NCBI GenBank assembly: GCA_030627725.1
Contig: DAOVSZ010000001.1
Span: 1-36,207 of the forward strand
Direction of reading: 5' to 3'
Origin: Desulfobulbaceae bacterium
Lineage (GTDB): Bacteria > Desulfobacterota > Desulfobulbia > Desulfobulbales > DAOVSZ01
DNA: 36,207 nucleotides
The notes below the pieces were generated by a model, which worked only from the letters and a program-made list of their open reading frames with translations, did no database searches and was not told the DNA's origin. The stretch's first letter is position 1; every line of letters begins with the position of its first letter. Shown one piece after another: positions 26,849-33,244 of the stretch. The translations under genes and the position numbers were made by a program.

Positions 26849-27526
26849 ATGCCCCCTGAAAAACCTACCTATGAAGATCTTGAGTCGCGTGTAGAAAATC
26901 TGACAGCGGAACTCAGAGAGTATAAGCTGTCGGAAAAGACCCTACGTGAATCGTTGCTGGAGTATAAAAGCATATTTGACTATGCCGGCGATTCTGTTTT
27001 CATCATCGACCCTGAAACAGGTTCCTTTGTGAACTGTAATGCAAAGGCTGCCGAACGTCTCGGCTATGCTCGGGACGAACTGCTTCAACTGAAAGTCTAT
27101 GACATCAACAAGAGAGAGATCCGTCCGGATATCCGGCAACGGATCAAAAAACAGTTGGCCGGCGAGAGTATCCAGTTCGAAACAACGCATCGCCATAAGT
27201 CCGGCAGGGCCATTCCGGTTGAGATCACCAGCACCATGGTTCAGATCAACAACCGAAAAATACTGATGGCTTTTGCCAGGGATATCACGATACGGAAAAA
27301 CAAGGAAGTTGCCACCGAAGACCTGGTGCAGCACCTTCAACTGGCCTTAGACGAAATCACAACCCTGCAGGCCTTCATACCGATCTGCGCATCCTGCAAA
27401 AAGATACGAAACGACCAGGAGCTATGGGAAAATATCGAAGACTATTTCCAGGACCACCTGGAGGTCGAATTTACCCATTGCCTCTGCCCGGCATGCGCAA
27501 AAAAGCTGTATCCTGAGTATTACTAA
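26849..27526 (+). CDS. PAS-domain protein with a C-terminal Cys/His-rich module and no kinase or other known output domain
   Basis: 225 aa. It has an N-terminal coiled coil and a PAS core (IFDYAGDSVFIIDPETGSFVNCNAKAAERLGY...HRHKSGRAIPVEIT...AFARDIT). The tail is IPICASCKKIRNDQELWENIEDYFQDHLEVEFTHCLCPACAKKLY. Confidence 0.85.
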   Translation: MPPEKPTYEDLESRVENLTAELREYKLSEKTLRESLLEYKSIFDYAGDSVFIIDPETGSFVNCNAKAAERLGYARDELLQLKVYDINKREIRPDIRQRIKKQLAGESIQFETTHRHKSGRAIPVEITSTMVQINNRKILMAFARDITIRKNKEVATEDLVQHLQLALDEITTLQAFIPICASCKKIRNDQELWENIEDYFQDHLEVEFTHCLCPACAKKLYPEYY

Positions 27527-27537
27527 GGAGGTGTAAG

Positions 27538-27630
27538 ATGGACCCGCGAAGAAAAAGAAATTACCAACTCATCATTGTCTGCCTGATACTCATCTCGCTC
27601 TTCTTGTTTCTTGGAAGGCAAGGATTTTAA
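27538..27630 (+). CDS. candidate 30-aa single-TM micro-protein
   Basis: MDPRRKRNYQLIIVCLILISLFLFLGRQGF*. The consensus SD AAGGAGG lies 7 nt upstream, overlapping the PAS gene stop (tacTAAGGAGGtgtaagATG). The peptide has a basic N-terminus followed by a hydrophobic helix. Confidence 0.4.
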   Translation: MDPRRKRNYQLIIVCLILISLFLFLGRQGF

Positions 27631-27699
27631 AAACTTTAATATCCTCCCCTCCCCTTGCATTACGCAATATCCAGTACGGACTATCCGGCAACTTTCTGT

Positions 27700-28938
27700 T
27701 TATCTCCGCTCCTTCCTTAAAAAAAACGCCCCAATAACGCCTGCTGCCGTACAGGCCGATGCGACCAGAAAGCTGCCGGAAAAACTGCCTGAAGTCTCGG
27801 CAAGGTGTCCGGCCATGGCCGGTCCTGCAATCTGGCCGATGGCAAAGATGAAGGTAATAATCCCGAAAATCCGCGCGGTCTCATCCGGCCCGACCCTGTC
27901 TCCGATCAGGGCAGTCATGATCGAAGGGATACTCCAGGCCACTATCCCGTAACAGAATATTGAGAGATAGAGAGAGGTCTCGGTCAGATTGAGGGCAACC
28001 AGTAGATAGGCCACAGTCTGAAGCCCGAACACGGTCATCAGACCTGCCTTTCTGCCGAACCGGTCGGAAAACGCCCCGAACACAGGGCCTGAGACAAGGC
28101 TTAAGAGTCCGACCAACGACCATAACTGGCCCGCATAAACCTCTGAAAAGCCCCGCTCCTGGACCAGGGAGGTGACCAGAAACGTGGCATAAATGACATA
28201 CGAGAAGCCGAAAAGATAGTAGAGGGCGCCGACATGAAGAATTTCAGCCTTTCCAAGAGGTTCCGGACCGTCTTCCTGAACGGCCCTTACACGCTCCCGC
28301 TCAATCTTTTCGCTTCCGAGTGCGGTCAATCCGACCTCCTCCGGCGAATCCCGCAACACCAGCCGGCAGATAAAGGCAATAAAGAAGACAATCACCCCCA
28401 GGACCAGCCAACTTACCCGCCAGCCGTCAGTTAAAACCAAACTGTTCAAAAAAGGTATAAGCCACCCGGAAAGGAGAATGGCAACTCCGCTTCCCACAAC
28501 AATAAAACCTGCTGCCCTGCCCCGAAGACTGCTCTTAAACCAGGCAGGGACCAAGGCCATTATGGGAACATTTGACATACCTGTCCCGACCCCTGTCAGA
28601 GTATAAAGGACCAGGACCGTAAGAAAGTCTTTGACAAAAAAGACGAGGCCCATGGTGACGCCGACAAGGATCAAGGCAAAGAAAATAAGGTTCCGGAAAC
28701 CGAATCTTTTGACCAGTGGTCCGCAGGCAAGCACAGAGACAAGATAGCCGACAAAATTAAAGGTGCTGATATATCCCATCTGGGCATAGGACAGATCCAG
28801 GCCTGTTGCCATTGCAGGGAGCAGCATGCCAAGGGCAAACCTGCCTATGCCGATAGAGCCGAAATTGCAGAGCAGTCCGGCGGCAACAATGAACCAGCCG
28901 TAATGAACTGTTGCGAGCCATCCGGAATTCTTTTTCAT
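27700..28938 (-). CDS. MFS transporter (YbfB/YjiJ-like)
   Basis: 412 aa with about 12 predicted hydrophobic helices. The N-terminus has an MFS-like pattern (GIGRFALGMLLPAM...LSYAQMGYISTFNFVGYL). Confidence 0.9.
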   Translation of the reverse strand: MKKNSGWLATVHYGWFIVAAGLLCNFGSIGIGRFALGMLLPAMATGLDLSYAQMGYISTFNFVGYLVSVLACGPLVKRFGFRNLIFFALILVGVTMGLVFFVKDFLTVLVLYTLTGVGTGMSNVPIMALVPAWFKSSLRGRAAGFIVVGSGVAILLSGWLIPFLNSLVLTDGWRVSWLVLGVIVFFIAFICRLVLRDSPEEVGLTALGSEKIERERVRAVQEDGPEPLGKAEILHVGALYYLFGFSYVIYATFLVTSLVQERGFSEVYAGQLWSLVGLLSLVSGPVFGAFSDRFGRKAGLMTVFGLQTVAYLLVALNLTETSLYLSIFCYGIVAWSIPSIMTALIGDRVGPDETARIFGIITFIFAIGQIAGPAMAGHLAETSGSFSGSFLVASACTAAGVIGAFFLRKERR

Positions 28939-28960
28939 TTCAGGCTTCTTTTCTCTCTAT

Positions 28961-29232
28961 GAAACCGGGATCAATTGACTGTGCCGGGATCTGGTTTCCT
29001 TACCAAAACGTAACTATTCAGTAGCACCCCATCCGCTTCTCCATACGGAGTTGAGCTGCACACGATCAGGCTGGTTCACATAGGACAACTATCGGAGTCT
29101 TCGCTCCGCTCCGCTTACCTGTTCTCCAGCCTGCTGGAGTTTATGCCCGGATGGGTACACATCTGGGGCACTTCTGAACAGTTACAGGATGGTGTTTAGG
29201 CTAAGTTTTTGGCTCCACCTGAATAGTTACAG
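28961..29232 (-). other. long structured 5' leader of the MFS gene, with three copies of a 12-nt motif
   Basis: GTAACTATTCAG (29010-29021) is the exact reverse complement of CTGAATAGTTAC (29219-29230), and differs at one base from the complement of CTGAACAGTTAC (29174-29185). Between them lie an 8-bp long-range helix (CCCATCCG/CGGATGGG) and three local hairpins (CTCCAG-cagg-CTGGAG, CGGAG-N6-CTCCG, CTCC-N4-GGAG). A GAAACC/GGTTTC hairpin (28961-28998) sits 22 nt before the ATG. Confidence 0.35.
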
Positions 29233-29278
29233 CAAAACAAAAAGGCCGAAACCCTTTGCTATACGGATTTCGGCCTTT
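29233..29278 (-). terminator. intrinsic terminator downstream of tRNA-Pro
   Basis: Minus-strand RNA has the stem AAAGGCCGAAA (29278-29268) with UUUCGGCCUUU (29251-29241), followed by UUGUUUUG. Confidence 0.7.
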
Positions 29279-29286
29279 CATTTCAA

Positions 29287-29363
29287 TGGTCGGGACGAGA
29301 GGATTCGAACCTCCGACCCCAGCGTCCCGAACGCTGTGCTCTACCAGACTGAGCCACGTCCCG
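29287..29363 (-). tRNA. tRNA-Pro (anticodon CGG), CCA encoded
   Basis: A manual cloverleaf fits. The acceptor stem is CGGGACG/CGTCCCG and the D stem is GCTC/GAGC. The anticodon stem CAGCG/CGCTG carries the loop TTCGGGA. The T arm is GGAGG-TTCGAAT-CCTCT, followed by discriminator A and CCA. Total length is 77 nt. Confidence 0.95.
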
Positions 29364-29404
29364 ACCCGGAATCTATCACTATGTTGACAAGGTAGATATT
29401 GTTT

Positions 29405-29459
29405 GCGAAACAAAGAAGCCAGCATTCAGATTTTCTCAAAAAATCTGAATCCCGGCTTC
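29405..29459 (-). terminator. long hairpin with a U-rich tail downstream of the HU gene
   Basis: Minus-strand RNA reads GAAGCC-ggg-AUUCAGAUUUU-uuga-GAAAAUCUGAAU-gcu-GGCUUC, followed by UUUGUUU. It lies about 170 nt after the HU stop. Confidence 0.5.
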
Positions 29460-29627
29460 TGATGGTCACGTTATCCTGTATGCAGGACTTCACTCTGAGG
29501 CTGCAGTCATATTAACTTATCACCGTTAGTGAATGGGTGCGTCAATAACTATATTAATACGAATTCAAAATACGAATTCAGGAGATATGTATTCTCTTTT
29601 TTTTTGAGAATGCAGCAGTATGGTTGA

Positions 29628-29900
29628 TTATTTTACTGCATCGGCAAGCTTGCTGCCTGGTTTGAAACGGGCAACTTTCCTTGCGGCAATCTTGATTGCT
29701 GCGCCGGTCTGGGGGTTACGGCCTTGACGAGCTGCACGTTTAGAAACAGAAAATGTACCAAAACCTACCAGTGTAACTTTGTCGCCTTTGGACAAAGCAC
29801 CTGTAATGGTATCAAGCAGGGCAGTAAGCGCTTTCTCTGATGCAGCTTTACTGAGTCCAGCAGTTGTTGCCATACTATCAACCAATTCGCTCTTATTCAT
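29628..29900 (-). CDS. hup: DNA-binding protein HU
   Basis: 90 aa counted from MNKSELVDSMA. The HU signature GFGTFSVSKRAARQGRNPQTG is present. GGAGGG lies upstream of the ATG at 29898-29900. The N-terminal extension in the track ORF is not HU-like. Confidence 0.9.
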   Translation of the reverse strand: MNKSELVDSMATTAGLSKAASEKALTALLDTITGALSKGDKVTLVGFGTFSVSKRAARQGRNPQTGAAIKIAARKVARFKPGSKLADAVK

Positions 29901-30097
29901 ACCTTTCCCTCCCTCATGTATTTTTATTCTTGACTTGCACGTTCTTTGTGAAGCCTCTTCTGACAATGAAACTGTAGATTTAATCAAATGAATACTGCCG
30001 ATTTAATAAAATGCAGTGTGATTGTCAAACAAAAAAGGTGATGTTATTTTATTTTTTTCTTTATCTGTAGCAGAAAACAAAGCATTTCAGCTTTTCA

Positions 30098-30922
30098 TTA
30101 AACTCCAATCAGGTCGTTTTTCCGCCCGGAAAGATCAAGCAGAACTTTTCCAAATCCCTCCTCGGCAAAGAAACGATTGACCTCTAATCGCAATGCAGTG
30201 TTACAAAGTAGGACGACATCATCCTCGACCACCTCAAGCACAATTCCGTCCCTGTCCAGCCGTACCCGGCACCCATAAAAACCCAGGGAATGCATATGGC
30301 CTTCCAAGCGGGCGACGAGTGAAAGCTTGTCCCTGGTTATTAAAACCCCTTGCGGGATACGGGTTGCAAGGCAGGACGATGAAGGCCGGTTCCAGGTAGA
30401 AATCCCCTGCGACCTGCTGAGCTGCCGAATCTCCCTTTTTGTCAGCCCTGCCTCGGCAAGTGGTGTCTGTACCCCAAGTTCACGGATGGCGAAGAGGCCG
30501 GGCCGGTCTTCACTCAGATCGTCCAGGTTGGTGCCATCCATAAGGCATGAAATACCGAAACGCTGTATGGTGACGAAAAATTCTGAATATATCTTTTTTT
30601 TGCAGATATAACAGCGGTCAGGAGGGTTTTCGGCATACTCAGGCAGCAACAGGGGATCCACGTTGACAACAACCAGACGACAGCCGATTTCATCCTTGAC
30701 AAGTATCCGTACGTTCTCCGCTTCATCAGGCGGCTGCAGAGAATTTTCGGCATATACGGCAAGAACGTTTTCTCCCAGGACTTCATGGGCCGTCTTCAAG
30801 AGAAATGTGCTGTCAACACCACCGGAAAAGGCAACAGCAGCCTTGCCCGCCTCTTTTATGATGCCCTTAAGCCTTTCGTGTTTTTCAGACAGGGCAGTAA
30901 GGTTCGTGTTGTTTGGGCTCAC
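30098..30922 (-). CDS. LarE-like PP-loop ATP pyrophosphatase / sulfur transferase (TIGR00268-type)
   Basis: 274 aa with a GTG start. It has the PP-loop AFSGGVDSTF, a CxxC (DRCYICKKK) and the LarE-type Cys motif PSSSCLATRIP. Confidence 0.8.
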   Translation of the reverse strand: MSPNNTNLTALSEKHERLKGIIKEAGKAAVAFSGGVDSTFLLKTAHEVLGENVLAVYAENSLQPPDEAENVRILVKDEIGCRLVVVNVDPLLLPEYAENPPDRCYICKKKIYSEFFVTIQRFGISCLMDGTNLDDLSEDRPGLFAIRELGVQTPLAEAGLTKREIRQLSRSQGISTWNRPSSSCLATRIPQGVLITRDKLSLVARLEGHMHSLGFYGCRVRLDRDGIVLEVVEDDVVLLCNTALRLEVNRFFAEEGFGKVLLDLSGRKNDLIGV

Positions 30923-31017
30923 AGCTTTTAGCTTTTAGCAGTTAGCCGTTAGCTAAAAGAACCAAGAAGACCAAGCAGTTAAGCTAATCGCTAACCGCTT
31001 ACTGCTAACCGCACAGT
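30923..31017. repeat. two opposed heptamer arrays filling the DUF39-larE spacer
   Basis: The first array is agctttt agctttt agcagtt agccgtt agctaaa (30923-30957). The second is gctaatc gctaacc gcttact gctaacc gcacagt (30983-31017). GTTAGC in the first array is the complement of GCTAAC in the second. Confidence 0.6.
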
Positions 31018-31023
31018 AGAAAT

Positions 31024-32193
31024 TTATTTGGATGGCATCTGTGTAACAGGTTTTTCAAGGACAAACTTCTTATCGAGAATCCATTTCTTCAATGTCTCGG
31101 CAATCTCACGCGCCCTTACGACACTGGACAAAGGCGCAGTAGACACCTCTTTGCCGTTGACCTCGATCCGGCCGCTTTTCAGCTGCGCATAACTGACCTT
31201 TCCATAGTTTCTGGCAATGCCGTGGGGATAATCATACCCATAGTCAACAACCTGGGTAAAGATCTCCTCATCCGACACGCCTGTGTATGCGGCAATCTCT
31301 TCATTTAAAACCGGAATCGGGACCCCTATCCCCACAGTCAGCGTGTTTCCATACCCCTGCATACTGACCCCTTTCAGCCAGCGGGAAGACATCTGTTTCA
31401 GATCTCCCTGGACCATGAGGGTGCCGGCAGGTGTCAAGGGGGTCATATTGTCTGCTCGGGCAACATTCGGTTTGTGCTGGGTCCCATGCCAGGTCACATA
31501 ACCTATGCCGCCGCCAAGAAAGATCTTTGTTCCCAGGCCGATTGTCCTATAGAGAGGATCATTCATCAGGGGACTCAACTCTCCGGCGCTGCAGTAGGTC
31601 GCATTTTTCCCATTCGATTTCAAGGTCCCCATATAGGTATAGATTGTCCGGTCGGAAAGATTAATCGCACAGTTATAGTTCTGATAGGCGTTCCTGGGAT
31701 TGACCAGAAGGGCATATGGCAGTTCCTTTAAGGTGACGACCTTTTCATCCACCTTATTCGGATAACAATCCGTCCCATAGCCGACCGCACGGATATGGAC
31801 CTTTTTCCCTGCGACCAGGTCCTCAATAACATGACCGCCGCCGTAAAGGAACTCACCCGGAAAAACCTTGTTCAATGGATCGTCTTCACAGGCCTCGGTC
31901 GCGCCGATATAGATATCAACCGCCGCGAGGCCGCCATAGGCCGCCACATTGTTCAACCAGACCTTTGACGCCTTGATCGTTGGCGTGGAATGACCGATGT
32001 TGATAAAAGCGCCGGAAGAACACATCGGCGAGAAGGTCCCGGTGGTCACAACATCAACTTTTTTTGCCGCCTTTTCAGGCCCTTCCTTCTTGACGATCCC
32101 CACCATCTCTTCGGCAGTGACGACAACGGCCTCTCCAGCCCGAATCCTGGCATTTATCTCTTCGTATGTCTTTTCCACCTTGTGCTTACCCAT
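31024..32193 (-). CDS. DUF39 / COG1900 homocysteine-biosynthesis protein (putative aspartate-semialdehyde sulfurtransferase family)
   Basis: 389 aa. The N-terminus TYEEINARIRAGEAVVVTAEEM and the Cys motif TTGTFSPMCSSGAF, together with the overall length, match the DUF39 domain of methanogen proteins such as MA1821 and MJ0100. Confidence 0.85.
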   Translation of the reverse strand: MGKHKVEKTYEEINARIRAGEAVVVTAEEMVGIVKKEGPEKAAKKVDVVTTGTFSPMCSSGAFINIGHSTPTIKASKVWLNNVAAYGGLAAVDIYIGATEACEDDPLNKVFPGEFLYGGGHVIEDLVAGKKVHIRAVGYGTDCYPNKVDEKVVTLKELPYALLVNPRNAYQNYNCAINLSDRTIYTYMGTLKSNGKNATYCSAGELSPLMNDPLYRTIGLGTKIFLGGGIGYVTWHGTQHKPNVARADNMTPLTPAGTLMVQGDLKQMSSRWLKGVSMQGYGNTLTVGIGVPIPVLNEEIAAYTGVSDEEIFTQVVDYGYDYPHGIARNYGKVSYAQLKSGRIEVNGKEVSTAPLSSVVRAREIAETLKKWILDKKFVLEKPVTQMPSK

Positions 32194-32250
32194 CCTTTTC
32201 AGTCCCTTCCGGATATATCAAATATTTTATTGATCCAGTATAACAAAAAC

Positions 32251-32375
32251 ACCTCGGCTGATAGGTTTTCAATTTTACCAAAGATGCAAGGAAGAAGGCA
32301 ATCCGCTGTAGTTCGCTACGCGGGTTACCTGATGACGCAGCAGATTTGGAAAATTGGAAACCTATCAGCCGAGGT
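32251..32375 (-). terminator. 125-nt extended hairpin between the CBS-ACT gene and the DUF39 gene, with a U-rich tail on the minus strand
   Basis: 26-nt arms at 32251-32276 and 32350-32375 are complementary at 25 of 26 positions. Pairing continues inward (CCAAA/TTTGG) to an apical CCGC-t-GTAG/CTACGCGG hairpin. The minus-strand RNA is followed by GUUUUUGUU. The right arm abuts the CBS gene stop codon. Confidence 0.5.
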
Positions 32376-32974
32376 TAATCCATTACCGACACTACCTTAT
32401 AGCCTGCCTCTTCGAGCGCTTCCGCAACCGCTGTCAAATCGGTTTTCTCAAGCCTGAAATAATAGACCTTCTGCCGTGAGGAGTGACTCTCTGTTGCTAC
32501 ACTGATGATCTCACAGCCATACTCGTTGATGATCCTGGTTACATCTTCAACCCCGCCTTCTTTTCCAACAATCACATCCAGCCTGGAAGACTGTTTGAGA
32601 AGGCCCATTACCTCAATAAAGGCAGACAAAAGATCAGAGGCGGTAATCACACCGACCAGTTTTTTCTTTTCGAGAACAGGCAGACCACCTATTTTATAAT
32701 CATGGATCAATTTGGCAGCCGACTCGATACTGGCATTGGAGTTTATGGTTATCGGATTCAAGACCATCACCTGATGGACAGGAATCTCTTCAACCATGGA
32801 AGGAAACAAGAACTGCCGAAGATCACTCTCGGTGACAAAACCGACAAGCTGATCGTCTTCCATGACAGGAAGGTGCCGAATAGAATGTTTTTTCATCAAC
32901 TGCACTGCATCCTGCAGCAGGGCTGTCCGATTGATGGTAATGGGCTCGTTTTTTATCCAGTTTTTAACTTTCAT
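32375..32974 (-). CDS. CBS-pair plus ACT-like domain protein (AcuB-like)
   Basis: 199 aa. It has two CBS motifs (IRHLPVMEDDQLVGFVTESDL; IGGLPVLEKKKLVGVITASDL). The C-terminal ACT-like segment is RLDVIVGKEGGVEDVTRIINEYGCEIISV. Confidence 0.85.
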   Translation of the reverse strand: MKVKNWIKNEPITINRTALLQDAVQLMKKHSIRHLPVMEDDQLVGFVTESDLRQFLFPSMVEEIPVHQVMVLNPITINSNASIESAAKLIHDYKIGGLPVLEKKKLVGVITASDLLSAFIEVMGLLKQSSRLDVIVGKEGGVEDVTRIINEYGCEIISVATESHSSRQKVYYFRLEKTDLTAVAEALEEAGYKVVSVMD

Positions 32975-33156
32975 AACATCACGACCGAATTCATCTTTAA
33001 TTAGGATCCAGAACCGGAGCTGAATTGAGAACCCCGGCAGAGTAAATATGTCATGACACGGTAGAATATATTTGACAATATTTCAAGCATGAAAGATTGA
33101 TGGTCGGCTCTTTGCATAATAATCCTTTCCATTCAAAGAAATTTATTTTAGATTCT

Positions 33157-33207
33157 ACACGAAATTGCTGCGCGATTTCGTGTTAAATGCAGCTTTGCCG
33201 TTATAAT
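33157..33207 (+). promoter_or_regulatory. candidate pheA promoter with an overlapping 9-bp palindrome
   Basis: ACACGAAAT (33157-33165) and ATTTCGTGT (33175-33183) are separated by 9 nt. A consensus TATAAT lies at 33202-33207, 38 nt before the pheA ATG. The -35 element is weak (GTGTTA). Confidence 0.3.
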
Positions 33208-33244
33208 CCGACCTCAACAATATGAGAACCGTATCCAATTAATT

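Noticed and set aside
26139-26894. 251-aa plus-strand ORF spanning the Bax/PAS spacer.
   Set aside because: It overlaps the Bax-like gene start and the PAS gene start. Its translation is Phe/Leu-rich low-complexity sequence (FFRHFFLFFLFKK...), and the region is better explained as a T/A-rich intergenic spacer.
28939-29232. Match of the MFS leader to a known riboswitch class. GGGGTGCTACTGA resembles the start of a TPP element, and CCTGATC resembles part of TPP and B12 cores.
   Set aside because: The defining cores are not present: CTGAGA...ACCTGATCTGGATAATGCCAGCG for TPP, and the B12 box with GCCACTG for cobalamin. The region is kept only as an unclassified structured leader.
29009-29232. MITE-like element bounded by the 12-bp perfect inverted repeat next to tRNA-Pro.
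   Set aside because: There is no clean target-site duplication (the flanks are ccaaaac / agcaaaac). A third, internal copy of the motif exists. No transposase or additional element copies occur in the window. This cannot be excluded without a genome-wide search.
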